Positions 9,337 to 19,981 of a DNA stretch of 64,000 nt are shown piece by piece; within the stretch, counting starts at the first letter, position 1, and each line of letters starts with the position of its first letter. Both the position numbers and the translations under genes were made by a program. Under the pieces are notes generated by a model, which saw nothing but the letters and a program-made list of their open reading frames with translations, was not told the origin of the DNA and did no database searches. Origin of the DNA: a virus; the IMG/VR virus record IMGVR_UViG_3300035135_002933; one strand, given 5' to 3'.

Positions 9337-12300
9337 TTGCTGCCATCGACTGCACAGAAGAAGAATATCGCCTGTTTGTGCGTGAGTTGTATCGTAGGGC
9401 CGCTGTAAGACCCGCTCAATACGCGCATATTCCTGACGTACAGAATTTCCCCGATCCGTTTGTAACGTCTCTGGTTGTAAGCCTTGTCGTCGGCGCTCTA
9501 TCTACCGCCGCTTCGTACCTGCTAGCACCAAAGCCTGCGCAACCATCGGCGCCAGACGAGGCAAAACTGCGCAGACTACGCAGCATCCGAGGGCAGCAAA
9601 ATTTTGCTCCGACTTTTGGTTTCAGCAGCCAGCAGCAACTGGCTTCATACGGCACGCCGGTCCCGATTGTCTTCACCAAGCAGCAGCTGGTCACCGACGA
9701 TTTAGGCGAAACCTACTACTCAGGCGGCATCTTGATTTCGCCGTTGCTGGTGTGGAGCCGCATCAAAAGCTTCGGCAGTCATCAAGTGATCGAGCTGCAG
9801 ATGGTGGCTGGTCAAGCGCCGATGGAACGTGCTGATACTGCCGGCATCTTCCTTGGCAACAACACGCTTGACGCAATCCATGACGAAAGTTATCAGTTTT
9901 ATTACACGGGCGGCTTTGACGAAAATACCAGCAGCAGGCTGACCGGACGCAATAAGCGATATGGCAACCTTGCGCAGCCGCCTGTCACTGGCGCATACGA
10001 GGACGCATTCTTTTGCCCAACACGCCTAGGCGGTGGTCGCCCTGGTTTTTCGCATGCTTACACGCCATCTTCAAATACGCGATTTGGTGTCTACGGTGCC
10101 ACGCCAAATGGCACGCCTTATCGGCTCAATTGGGAGGTAATTAGCGTAACAAAACTGGAAGGCAAAGAACGCGACGATGCGCGTGAAGAGGCGGCCAAGC
10201 AATATCGAATTGTTGCGCAAGCGGACATGGAATCAGTGCTTGGCGGCGAAGATTTGAATAAGCCATACAACAGCGGAATGCCTGGTGTTGGCAGAAACTA
10301 CGCGCGGCATGTTGGCGTCATTGAGCACAACGGTTACAGGGTGCCATCTCCCGATACTGAACAAGGAACTGGTACACGGATTCGCACTGTTAACAAAGGC
10401 GACATTATTCGTATTGTTGTCGGTTATGGTCGACAAGACCGTAAACCTACATGGTCACAAGACAAAGTTACGCGCGGCGCCAATATCAATACAGAAGATG
10501 TGCGCAGCACAACCGACAATGAAAACGTCACCTACGATTCTCGCTTCAAGCTTGGCGCATATTTCCTGATCGGCCGTTGCCTGTTCCGCGTTATCAGCCG
10601 CAGTGATTTTATCTATGAGCCTGGCATCACTGGGCACGTTGATGTAGCGCTGGAGTGCATCGAAACTTGGAGCCGTATCGAAAATAAGATCGGTATTGTT
10701 GGATTGAACAAGATCGAGCGAACGGATTACCTCGCAGGACCGGATATCTCAGAAGCGTTTTTCCCGATCTGCCAAGTTGAGCTGGCAAATATCGTCAACA
10801 ACAAAGATTGCGATGTAACCGAGCTTGGTATCAAGTCTAATGTTTGGCTGCGGTTTGACGGTATCTGCAACTTTAACGCAGTGCCAAATCCTGAGACGCT
10901 AATCCGCAAAAACCAGAAAAAGATCCAGTTATCAACGCCATACCGCAACACCTACGGCACGCGGACATCGTACTTCTTGTTGTATGCACGCCCAGCGAAT
11001 GAGAATCCAGATGGATCAGCGCGTTGGGAGTTTCTCAAGATGTTTTGCGTCAAAGGCAGCTCACCTGTTAATCAGTACAATTTTATTCGCGTGTTCCACC
11101 CCAAACGCGAACGCTACGAATTTCGCATCCGGCCGATCACGTCTGGCGAGCAGGTTTATACAAGCGACCCGAATGCTGAGGTTTGGCAGCTGGATGCAAC
11201 TGCGCCTTACAGCGAAACGAGCATAGATACTGAGTACGGCACATTTCTCGTCGGAGCAAAATTTAGAACTATCATCAACAACTCGGCTTGGTCGCTGAGG
11301 GAAATGATTGACCGCCCAAGCCGTTTCGGTCAAGCAACGACCGTAACAATCAGCGGCAAGGGCGAAGAGCCTAGAAGCGTCAGCTATCAAGGCTTGGTCG
11401 AATATGGCACTAATAACTACGCGAACAATTTTAAGGAAAGCAACGTATGGTCTATCAAGGCTGGGTTGGATCCCTTTTACAACAACCTGGGCGAAGGCGC
11501 GACCCATAAATTTCAGATCACCTATACCGACGCTGGGCAAGGCATTAGCGGAAACCGTGAAGTTGTGCTGGAAATAAAACTAAAGTCTTACAAGCAAAGC
11601 CGAGCGCAGGCTACTGATGGACGCAATCTTTGGTGGCGCGTGGTCCGTGTTGAGGTTATTAGCGGTTCGGGTAACTGGGCTGATGGCAATGTGTTCCGCA
11701 AGCAAAACTTCTTTGATGGTTTTGGCAATAACTGGCAAGCTATTTTTCGCGTAGACGGAATCAAGGAAAGCACCATTTCAATCCCCACTACAATTGGCCG
11801 CAAGTTTGAGGAGTATCCAGGCATTGCTGAGGTGTCGCACTACGGCGACTTGATTAAGCGCTCTTGCGACGATGGTCCAGAGCACGAAATCGTATACGTC
11901 AATGAATCGCTAGAGGAAAGCATTATTCCGCAGTATGAAAACTTGGCAATGGCGGGCTTGAAGCTTAAGTCTGGCTTCAATATCAACAACGTCGATCAGC
12001 TGCACCTCTACATCAAAAATGGCGTGGAAATTGAGCTGCTTACAGATGGAGGCACTGGCCCCAGCAACCTGTTCACAGATCTTGCCTACTACCTGCTGAC
12101 CAACAGCGACATTGGCGTTGGTGGCATCATTTCATCTGAGCTGATCGACCGCGAACAGCTTGCTGCAACTGGTCGTTACTTGCGGGCGAATGGTTTGTGG
12201 TTTGATGACGTGATCAGCGAGGGCATCAACGTTCGCTCTTACTTGGCCAGCAAAGCGCCGTCGATGCTATGCAACCTATCCAGCAAAAATGGCATCTTTT

Positions 12301-13082
12301 CAATCGAGCCGGCATTGCCGATCAATGGCAACAACGTCATCGACGGCACCATTGCCGTACCGATCAAAGCCATCTTCACCGACGGCAACATCATTGAAGA
12401 CAGTTTCAGCTTGGATTACCTCGGGCTAGAAGAGCGCAAAATGTTCCAAGCTGTCATCCTTTACCGCAAGGAACGCCAGAATGAGTTTCCAGAAGATCGC
12501 ACGATCACTGTGCGCTACAAAGAGGACATTAGCAAACCATTTGAAGAGTTCGAGATGTCGCATGTGACATCAACAAACCATGCGATTAAAATTGCCAAGT
12601 ATTTCCTGTCATTGCGCAAGCATGTGACGCATTCCATCACGTTCAAGACACTGCCAGATGGTAATGCACTGCAACCTGGCGACTGGATTAAGGTCGCAAC
12701 AGCAAGCAATCCGTACAACCCTGTTGCCAATGGTGTCGTCAAAGACGATGGCACTGTTATCAGCACCGAACCTTTGACCGCTGGGTCGTACTCGGTGTTC
12801 TACTGGGATCGCAGCAGCAGCACTATTGATGAAGGCACACTCGATATTGCGGCTGATGGCACAGCATCAAACCTGCGCGGTACCATCTTCTCCGTTAAGA
12901 GCAGCACCGAATCGAACTACATGAATGTGTACCAAATCGAAGCGCTGGACATTGATCAAGATGGCATTGTTGGCATCAAAGCCACTGAGTTCCCGGTGGA
13001 CAGCAACGGCCGCAGTATCATTGCTCAAGACGTAACACCGCGTTCTGGTCAGTTTGACGTGATCGCCGACGTGCTCGACTGA
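9276..13082 (+). CDS. central tail fibre / tail tip hub protein (gpI+gpJ-like)
   Basis: About 1270 aa; FGFSSQQQLASYGTPVPIVF and C-terminal ETSH/AIKIAKYFL...ITFKT...LQPGDWIKV features of J-like proteins; start uncertain. Confidence 0.75.
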   Translation: MVPYRQPFDPLPLLPWEKQLIAAIDCTEEEYRLFVRELYRRAAVRPAQYAHIPDVQNFPDPFVTSLVVSLVVGALSTAASYLLAPKPAQPSAPDEAKLRRLRSIRGQQNFAPTFGFSSQQQLASYGTPVPIVFTKQQLVTDDLGETYYSGGILISPLLVWSRIKSFGSHQVIELQMVAGQAPMERADTAGIFLGNNTLDAIHDESYQFYYTGGFDENTSSRLTGRNKRYGNLAQPPVTGAYEDAFFCPTRLGGGRPGFSHAYTPSSNTRFGVYGATPNGTPYRLNWEVISVTKLEGKERDDAREEAAKQYRIVAQADMESVLGGEDLNKPYNSGMPGVGRNYARHVGVIEHNGYRVPSPDTEQGTGTRIRTVNKGDIIRIVVGYGRQDRKPTWSQDKVTRGANINTEDVRSTTDNENVTYDSRFKLGAYFLIGRCLFRVISRSDFIYEPGITGHVDVALECIETWSRIENKIGIVGLNKIERTDYLAGPDISEAFFPICQVELANIVNNKDCDVTELGIKSNVWLRFDGICNFNAVPNPETLIRKNQKKIQLSTPYRNTYGTRTSYFLLYARPANENPDGSARWEFLKMFCVKGSSPVNQYNFIRVFHPKRERYEFRIRPITSGEQVYTSDPNAEVWQLDATAPYSETSIDTEYGTFLVGAKFRTIINNSAWSLREMIDRPSRFGQATTVTISGKGEEPRSVSYQGLVEYGTNNYANNFKESNVWSIKAGLDPFYNNLGEGATHKFQITYTDAGQGISGNREVVLEIKLKSYKQSRAQATDGRNLWWRVVRVEVISGSGNWADGNVFRKQNFFDGFGNNWQAIFRVDGIKESTISIPTTIGRKFEEYPGIAEVSHYGDLIKRSCDDGPEHEIVYVNESLEESIIPQYENLAMAGLKLKSGFNINNVDQLHLYIKNGVEIELLTDGGTGPSNLFTDLAYYLLTNSDIGVGGIISSELIDREQLAATGRYLRANGLWFDDVISEGINVRSYLASKAPSMLCNLSSKNGIFSIEPALPINGNNVIDGTIAVPIKAIFTDGNIIEDSFSLDYLGLEERKMFQAVILYRKERQNEFPEDRTITVRYKEDISKPFEEFEMSHVTSTNHAIKIAKYFLSLRKHVTHSITFKTLPDGNALQPGDWIKVATASNPYNPVANGVVKDDGTVISTEPLTAGSYSVFYWDRSSSTIDEGTLDIAADGTASNLRGTIFSVKSSTESNYMNVYQIEALDIDQDGIVGIKATEFPVDSNGRSIIAQDVTPRSGQFDVIADVLD

Positions 13083-13456
13083 TGGCCTTTCCTTCCTACG
13101 CCCCAAGCAGCCGCAGCTTCAGCGCTGGCGATTACGCCTACAAGACCTTCCAGTCGCAAAGCGGCAAAGAGGTGCGCATCCTATACGGCGACAAGCGCAC
13201 CGGCATGACGCTGGATCTCGGCTACAGCAATATCTCTGACACCAAAGCCGACGACTTCATTGCTCATTACGACGAAGTAAAGGGCGGCTTCACGGCGTTC
13301 ACGTTGCCTGCTGCGTTCCGCACGGGTTGGGGCGGTAACACAGCAGCTATCGACGCAGCAACCGGCAACCAATGGCGCTACAGCGACCCGCCGACGATCA
13401 CATCTGTGCGACCTGGTATCAGTAGCGTTACAGTGAGACTGGTGGGCGTGCTCTGA
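13082..13456 (+). CDS. minor tail protein (gpM/distal-tail-like)
   Basis: 124 aa; SGKEVRILYG...LDLGYSNI...FIAHYDEVKGGFTAF pattern. Confidence 0.55.
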   Translation: MAFPSYAPSSRSFSAGDYAYKTFQSQSGKEVRILYGDKRTGMTLDLGYSNISDTKADDFIAHYDEVKGGFTAFTLPAAFRTGWGGNTAAIDAATGNQWRYSDPPTITSVRPGISSVTVRLVGVL

Positions 13457-13881
13457 TGGCCAAGGTTTACACGGGCCGCGATGGCCGCCTTCTAATTGAC
13501 GGCATCGAGCAGATCAAGGTCACCAACTGGCAGTTGACCGGCAGCCTTGAGATGCTGGAAACCACCAGCCTCGGTGAGTCGCAGCGCACCTATACGCCTG
13601 GCGTGCAGGAATTTAGTGGTAGCGCCACGCTGCTGTATTACAACGATGGCACTGGCCGCAATGATGCAGCGCTTGCACTGAAAAAGGTGCTGCGCATTAG
13701 TGGCGTCACCGAGGGCGACACTGTAGACATGCGCTTGCGGTTGGTTGAAGGCAGCGCTAATCATGACGTGCGGCTCACCACCTATATCACAAACGTCAGC
13801 TTTGGCGCCAGTGTTGGTGAAGTCAGCTCTGCGCAGATCAGCTTCCAAGGCACCGGAGCACCGACCGAGGTGACGATCTGA
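13456..13881 (+). CDS. tail-tube-fold protein
   Basis: TGRDGRLLIDG...VTNWQL...LETTSLGESQRTYTPGVQEFSGSA resembles tail tube proteins. Confidence 0.6.
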   Translation: MAKVYTGRDGRLLIDGIEQIKVTNWQLTGSLEMLETTSLGESQRTYTPGVQEFSGSATLLYYNDGTGRNDAALALKKVLRISGVTEGDTVDMRLRLVEGSANHDVRLTTYITNVSFGASVGEVSSAQISFQGTGAPTEVTI

Positions 13882-14777
13882 TGGGCGTTTATCTCGGCAA
13901 TATCGGCAATGTTGAAATCGCTAGGCGTTCTATCGAGGACGGTTTAGCAAGCATTGTCAACCCATCTGATGTCAACGCAAGCCGCAATCGGTTTAGCTTT
14001 GATTTTGATGAAGGTTGTTTAATCAGTGGCGACTTTGTTGAGATCTCTAGTACAGATGGCACAACGCTTGATTTTGTTAGCGCAAGCGGCTGGAGCGATA
14101 ACACCGTCTACGAAAGCGGCAACTGGTTTATTTTTATTGATGAGCTAGGTGGTATCCGGCTTTACGACAATTTCGATGACAGCCTAGAAGGCAGCACCGC
14201 TGGCTTGGTGCCACTCGCTGCAATCGCACGCGACATACCAATTTTCGTCAAAGTACAAGATCGCGGCGGGCGCTTACTCGCTCGCGTCATTGACTACGAA
14301 CTAAATACAAACCGAGAAATCGTAGACATTACAGCACTCAGCGACCGCTACCGCAAGCAATACAGCAGCCTCATCACAGGCTCTGGCCAAATTACCGCGC
14401 AGTGGGATTACGTCAACGAGGCCGGTCAGGAACCAGTGCATTACTTGATGCAGCTGGTATTGCGCACTGAAATAGGCTCTGGCTTGCATATCAAGCTGTA
14501 TGTCAAAAGTGCAAATACTGATGCGTCTGGCGGACCATTTGCTGCAAGTCAACTCAACGACTCCCTGTGGTGGGAGTTCGATGCACTGATCACTAACAGC
14601 GCCACCAGTTTTGCGCCAGGCGACATTATCGTTTCAACGATTGATTTTGTTGCCACTGGTTCGATTAAGCTTAGAGCGCGAACGACAATCCCAAGCCGCT
14701 TGCTGCAAGAGGCTGGTGATCCAATTCTGCTGGAGCAAGGTGGTTACCTACTACTCGAAGGCGAGGACGCCGTCTAA
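13881..14777 (+). CDS. tail-tube-fold/structural protein
   Basis: 298 aa; C-terminal half has YELNTNREIVDITALSDRYRKQYSSLITGSGQI, a tube-like motif. Confidence 0.55.
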   Translation: MGVYLGNIGNVEIARRSIEDGLASIVNPSDVNASRNRFSFDFDEGCLISGDFVEISSTDGTTLDFVSASGWSDNTVYESGNWFIFIDELGGIRLYDNFDDSLEGSTAGLVPLAAIARDIPIFVKVQDRGGRLLARVIDYELNTNREIVDITALSDRYRKQYSSLITGSGQITAQWDYVNEAGQEPVHYLMQLVLRTEIGSGLHIKLYVKSANTDASGGPFAASQLNDSLWWEFDALITNSATSFAPGDIIVSTIDFVATGSIKLRARTTIPSRLLQEAGDPILLEQGGYLLLEGEDAV

Positions 14778-14804
14778 GATGGTTGCAATGAGGTAGCACG
14801 CACA

Positions 14805-17375
14805 ATGGCCGACCTGCGGATCAGCGAACTACAAACGCTTGCAGGCGCCAACCTTGCAGCGGGCGACTACATGCCGTTGGCGGATGTCAGCGCTAGCGAG
14901 TCGCGCAAAATCACCGTTACCGATTTTCTTGGCAATGCCGTAACGCTGCTGGCGGATGACACCATCCCAAGCGGCAAGATTCTTTTCGGTAATAACACCA
15001 TCCCCGGTGCATCACTTGAAAATGCGTCCGTAACAGCAACGCAACTTGCCGCTGGCGCTGTCACTGCCGCCAAGCTTGCTGATTTTTCGTCGGTTGATTT
15101 TGTTTCATCGCTACCGGCTACTGGCGCATTTCGCGGTCAACTTGCACTGGATACGATCACGCTTGCTGTCTACTGCTGGAATGGCAGCCAATGGCAAGCA
15201 ATCAAAGCCGCTGGTTCCGTCAACACGATCATCGGGGGAACGACCGGCATCATCAACATCACCGTTTCGCAAACGGATGATACGGTCACAATCGATACGA
15301 CATTAGATGACACCACTGCAGCGGCACAATTTCTTGCTGGTCCTACCGGCAGCGGTGGATCGGTTACTTACCGCGTCATTGCGGCAGCAGATTTGCCGAC
15401 CGCGAGCACTACAGCAAAAGGCGCAGTCAGTGTCAACGGTAATGGCTTGACACTATCCGGCGATCAGCTGCAAATCGACAACACCGTCACGCCAAACACG
15501 GCTCAGTTTTATCTTGTCGAATACGATGCCAATGGCCTTGTAACCGGCGGCCGCGCAATTACCGGCGCTGATCTGCCGCCTGCGCAAGTTGGTGTTATCG
15601 GCGCTGTTTCGCCCGGCACTGGTCTATCGGTCAACACTAACGGTGAACTGAATCACACCAATGCTGTTGACATTGGCACTTACACAAAAGTCACGGTTGA
15701 TGCGCAAGGTCATGTAACAGCTGGCGACGTACTTGCGGCAAGTGATGTTCCAAGTCTTGACGCATCAAAGATTGATTCTGGTCAATTCACAAGTGATCGC
15801 TACGGCGATAACAGTGTAACCGGCGTCAAGCTTGCCAATTCGTCTGTTACGCAAATTGGTGGCGCTGACAGCACTGCTGGTGTTGTCACCTTCCCAACCG
15901 CTGAATTTACTGGGCAGTATTTCTTCGATGCAATCAATGGTGATCTATATCTATGGGACGGCAACGCATGGCAGCCGATCACAATCACGGCTGGCGAAAT
16001 TATTTATGCCGGCACTTTTGACGCCTCTGCTGGCTCCGGCGTTGGACAGGTTGCATCGGTAACGACTGCAGGGCAAGCCATCGGTTTAACAGTTGGTAGC
16101 GCATTGCCAGCAGCAAGCGAAACCAACAATCGTTACTACTTGGTGGTGAGTGTTGGCGGCACCATCACAAGCGGTAATGCGCCTAATGTTGCGCTTGCTG
16201 CGCCGGACATGATCCTGTCCAACGGCAGCAGCTGGGAAGAAATCGACGTTTCAACGTCAGTAACTGGTGCCACGCAGGCAAGCAACATCACAGTTACACC
16301 TGCTGGTGGAGTGCAATCCACCAACGTACAAGCCGCACTCGAAGAGCTTGATACAGAAAAGATTGGCGCAGCTGGCGCCACGATCACTGGTGAGCTGCTT
16401 ATTGGCACCACTGGTGCATTGGCATTTGAAGGCAGCTCTGCTGATGCGTATGAAACATATCTTGCAGTAGTCAACCCCACTGCAGATCGCACGATTACAT
16501 TCCCGGATCGCAGCGGCACGGTCATCACAACCGGAGACACTGGCACGGTTACTAATGCAATGCTGGCCGGCAGTATTGCATTTAGCAAGCTTGCAACAGT
16601 TAACAGCGGCAATGTACTGGTAGGAAATGCCAGTAATGTTGCTGCGTCGGTTGCAATCAGTGGTGACATCACGCTTAGCAGTGCCGGTGTTGTTGATATT
16701 TCTGCTGGCGCAATCGTCAACGCTGACATTAACGCAAGTGCCGCAATCGCCTTCAGCAAGCTTGCCGCATTGAACAGTGGCGCAATCCTGCTTGGTAATG
16801 CCAGCAACGTAGCCACTGCTGTGACACTAACGGGTGATGTCACCATCAGCAACGCAGGTGTAACCAGCATTGCGAGTGGTGTCATCGTTAATGCTGACAT
16901 CAACGCCAGTGCCGAAATTGCCGTCAGCAAACTTGCTGATGGTGCAGCCCGTCAGTTGCTTCAGACCGATGCAGCTGGAACCGGGGTTGAATGGACGAGC
17001 AATGTTGACATCCCCGGCACGTTGGATGTCACAGGTGTTGGTACGTTTGATGCCGCTACTCGCGGTGCCATCAGTGCTCTGACGGATGGCACGACAATCA
17101 CACCTGATTTTGCAGTCGCCAACCATTTCAGCGTTACGCTTGGCGGCAATCGCACCTTGGCTAACCCCACTAATTTGGTGGCGGGGCAATCTGGCGTGAT
17201 CTTTGTGACACAGGATGGCTCCGGTTCACGTACCTTAAGCTATGGCAGCTATTGGGAGTTCTCAACCGGCAGCGCACCTACGCTGACCACAACTGCTGGC
17301 GCTGTGGATGCGCTGGTATATGTTGTGCGCTCCAGCACTTCAATTTTTGCTTCCCTTCTCGCTGACGTTCAATGA
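14805..17375 (+). CDS. long tail fibre protein
   Basis: 856 aa, Gly/Ala/Thr-rich; repeats such as YTKVTVDAQGHVTAG and IVNADINASA. Confidence 0.8.
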   Translation: MADLRISELQTLAGANLAAGDYMPLADVSASESRKITVTDFLGNAVTLLADDTIPSGKILFGNNTIPGASLENASVTATQLAAGAVTAAKLADFSSVDFVSSLPATGAFRGQLALDTITLAVYCWNGSQWQAIKAAGSVNTIIGGTTGIINITVSQTDDTVTIDTTLDDTTAAAQFLAGPTGSGGSVTYRVIAAADLPTASTTAKGAVSVNGNGLTLSGDQLQIDNTVTPNTAQFYLVEYDANGLVTGGRAITGADLPPAQVGVIGAVSPGTGLSVNTNGELNHTNAVDIGTYTKVTVDAQGHVTAGDVLAASDVPSLDASKIDSGQFTSDRYGDNSVTGVKLANSSVTQIGGADSTAGVVTFPTAEFTGQYFFDAINGDLYLWDGNAWQPITITAGEIIYAGTFDASAGSGVGQVASVTTAGQAIGLTVGSALPAASETNNRYYLVVSVGGTITSGNAPNVALAAPDMILSNGSSWEEIDVSTSVTGATQASNITVTPAGGVQSTNVQAALEELDTEKIGAAGATITGELLIGTTGALAFEGSSADAYETYLAVVNPTADRTITFPDRSGTVITTGDTGTVTNAMLAGSIAFSKLATVNSGNVLVGNASNVAASVAISGDITLSSAGVVDISAGAIVNADINASAAIAFSKLAALNSGAILLGNASNVATAVTLTGDVTISNAGVTSIASGVIVNADINASAEIAVSKLADGAARQLLQTDAAGTGVEWTSNVDIPGTLDVTGVGTFDAATRGAISALTDGTTITPDFAVANHFSVTLGGNRTLANPTNLVAGQSGVIFVTQDGSGSRTLSYGSYWEFSTGSAPTLTTTAGAVDALVYVVRSSTSIFASLLADVQ

Positions 17376-18016
17376 TTCCCGGTAGTGCTGCTCCACTTTT
17401 GCTTCCTGTCGCAGCTGGCGCAGGGCAGCTGGCTATTGGCCAAGCGTACCAAGGCGGTTACTACGCAGGCACCATCACTTACGGAACGGAAGCCTGGCTT
17501 GGCATTGGCGGCGAACAGTACAATTTGATTGTTGCGCCTAAGGCAAGCGGCGAAGCGTCTACCACATTGCAGTACAAGACAACATTGACATGCGAAGGTA
17601 CTAGATCGGCGCAAACTGCGCCCGCCTCAGAATGGGATGGCTATTACAACACCTATACATCTGCGGCTGGCGGCAGCGGAGTCCATCCAGCTATCAACTA
17701 TTGCGAAGGTTTGTCAATTGGCGGATACGCGGATTGGTATCTTGGATCTACTGAAGAGCTAAAAGTTGCCTTTGGAAATCTTAAGCAGTTATCAAATTGG
17801 CAGTCCGGCGGCGCGGAAGAATTTACAACGGGAACTGCAGTGTTAATGAGCAACACTGTGAGTAATATTTCGATTTATTGGACATCTACCGGCACTGGCT
17901 GCGAAGATGGAGGATCAGCTGCTTCTGCATCAGCATTTTACAATGGAGGTATTATCGCGGGCTATAACTATACAGACAGGATGTTTGTTCGCGCCATCCG
18001 GCGCGTACTCGTCTAA
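17372..18016 (+). CDS. DUF1566/Lcl (C-type lectin-fold) tail-associated protein
   Basis: AINYCEGLSIGGYADWYL-x-STEEL...YWTST...FVRAIRR. Confidence 0.7.
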   Translation: MIPGSAAPLLLPVAAGAGQLAIGQAYQGGYYAGTITYGTEAWLGIGGEQYNLIVAPKASGEASTTLQYKTTLTCEGTRSAQTAPASEWDGYYNTYTSAAGGSGVHPAINYCEGLSIGGYADWYLGSTEELKVAFGNLKQLSNWQSGGAEEFTTGTAVLMSNTVSNISIYWTSTGTGCEDGGSAASASAFYNGGIIAGYNYTDRMFVRAIRRVLV

Positions 18017-18031
18017 CGCCTAGGAAGCACC

Positions 18032-18496
18032 ATGTTCAAGTACATCAGCGATGGCACCATCCTCCCCGAGGGCGTGCCCTTTACTGACCGCGATGGCATC
18101 AAGCGACCCGGCAACTGGCTGGATCGCGCGTTGCCATGGGAGCTGGAAGCCGCTGGTATTGCCAAATACCCTGATCCGCCAGCGCTTGACTATCGCTTTG
18201 CCACCGGCTACGACGCTGATGGCAATGTGATCTGGCGGCCATTTGATGAAGTCCAGCCAGCGCTAGAGCACGAAACAAGGGTCAAAGCCAATATGCTGCT
18301 GGCGCCAACTGACTGGATGGTGATCCGCGAAGCGGATAATGGTGTTGCTATGGATCCCGCCTTGAAAGCATGGCGTCAATCAGTGCGCGTTGCGTGCGGA
18401 CAGAAGCTGGCGCAAATTGCATTGCGCACAACGACTGAACAGCTGGCCATTTACGCAGAAAGTGATGCTTACAAGACTTGGCCAAGCCTAGACTGA
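18032..18496 (+). CDS. tail fibre assembly/chaperone-like protein
   Basis: LLAPTDWMVIREADNG...WRQSVR motif. Confidence 0.6.
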   Translation: MFKYISDGTILPEGVPFTDRDGIKRPGNWLDRALPWELEAAGIAKYPDPPALDYRFATGYDADGNVIWRPFDEVQPALEHETRVKANMLLAPTDWMVIREADNGVAMDPALKAWRQSVRVACGQKLAQIALRTTTEQLAIYAESDAYKTWPSLD

Positions 18497-18514
18497 CCGT
18501 ATCGCCGCGCCGCC

Positions 18515-19099
18515 ATGATCTACCCCGCCACACACGACATCACGATCCTGCAAAATGCAACGTGGAGCGGGACGTTTAGGGCAACGCAGAACCGCAAGGA
18601 GCTGACCAGCGTCAGCATTGACGCTGGGACGCCGACGTTCAACTGCACCTGTCACGGCTTCAGCGCTGGCGACAAGGTGGTATTCACCGGCGGCACATCG
18701 GTATTATGCGGGTTGACGCTCAATACGGTGTATTACGTCATCGCAGCTGGCTTGACCACCGATGCGTTCCAGGTCAGTGCCACCAGTGGCGGCAGCAGCA
18801 TCAGCGTCAGCGGCAGCGCAACCGGCACGTTCTATGTGGCAGAACCGCTGAATCTGTCCGGCTACACGGTTGACGCAGACATGAAGGGTTTGACGGATCT
18901 TGTGCAGGTGGCCACGTTCACCCCGGCCTTGACTGATGCAGCCAACGGCGAGTTCACATTGACCATGACGCCTACCACATCTGCTGGTATTGACGCAGGC
19001 CGCTATGGCTGGGATGTATCGCTGACTAGTTCTGCAGGCGCCCGTTACTATTGGCTTACGGGTGTCGCTACCGTCCAGACCACCTATTCGCGGAACTGA
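18515..19099 (+). CDS. structural protein, BppU-N-like with an inserted beta domain
   Basis: YPATHDITILQNATW...PLNLSGYTVDADMK...GRYGWDVSL. Confidence 0.55.
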   Translation: MIYPATHDITILQNATWSGTFRATQNRKELTSVSIDAGTPTFNCTCHGFSAGDKVVFTGGTSVLCGLTLNTVYYVIAAGLTTDAFQVSATSGGSSISVSGSATGTFYVAEPLNLSGYTVDADMKGLTDLVQVATFTPALTDAANGEFTLTMTPTTSAGIDAGRYGWDVSLTSSAGARYYWLTGVATVQTTYSRN

Positions 19100-19102
19100 G
19101 TC

Positions 19103-19981
19103 ATGGCTGACGTGCAGATTGCTGTCATTGATCAGCAGAATACCGAGGTGACAGTTGCTGTACCCGGCATTCAAGGCATCCAAGGGCAAACGGGGGATGT
19201 CGCTGTAGCGCAGGACGGTACAGCTGCACTTCCCGGTATCCGCTTCGAGAACGACACCAATACCGGCATCTACCGCCCCGGCGCAGACCAACTAGCCCTA
19301 TCGACCAGTGGTACTGGGCGGTTGTTTGTTGATGCGAGTGGCCGCGTTGGAATTGGCAGCTCTACAGTTGGCACCGCGTATATAGCGACGCTTACTGGCA
19401 ATGGCAGCACTATAGTTGGAGGTTTGCAGCTTAACACTAACGCAAACATTACGTATTTCGGTGCAGTTGGAGCAACATCCGCAGACATTGAGCTATGGAA
19501 TGTCGCGAATGGCTTTGCACGATTTGCCACCAACAACACCGAGCGCCTGCGCATCACAGCCGAGGGCAAAGTGGGCGTGGGGACATCGACCCCATTGAAA
19601 GAGCTTCAAATCAATGCAACTACTCCGACTATTCGTTTAGAAGAAAACGGCACTGGCGCAAAACGTCTTGAACTCTCCGTGAATGCTGCAGCAGAAGCAA
19701 GAATTTTTGCAGGACAATCTGCGTCTCAACTATTACTTGGAACAGCCGACCTTGAACGCCTGCGCATCACAGCCGATGGCCGGCTCTTAATTGGTACTAG
19801 CTCAGATAGTGGTGGTGCGCTGCTTCAGGTCAACGGAGATCGAATTAGAGTTGCAACTGCTAAGACACCAGTATCTGCAACCGCTACCGGCACCGCTGGC
19901 GAGATCTGCTGGGACGCCAGTTACATCTACGTTTGCACTGCCACCAATACTTGGAAACGAGCCGCGCTGTCTACTTGGTGA
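19103..19981 (+). CDS. tail fibre/spike protein
   Basis: Repeated ERLRIT-x-GKVG(I/V)GT triple beta-helix motifs; C-terminal GTAGEICWDASYIYVCTATNTWKR. Confidence 0.75.
   Translation: MADVQIAVIDQQNTEVTVAVPGIQGIQGQTGDVAVAQDGTAALPGIRFENDTNTGIYRPGADQLALSTSGTGRLFVDASGRVGIGSSTVGTAYIATLTGNGSTIVGGLQLNTNANITYFGAVGATSADIELWNVANGFARFATNNTERLRITAEGKVGVGTSTPLKELQINATTPTIRLEENGTGAKRLELSVNAAAEARIFAGQSASQLLLGTADLERLRITADGRLLIGTSSDSGGALLQVNGDRIRVATAKTPVSATATGTAGEICWDASYIYVCTATNTWKRAALSTW

Noticed and set aside
17372-18016. Complete diversity-generating retroelement
   Set aside because: No reverse transcriptase or template repeat in the window
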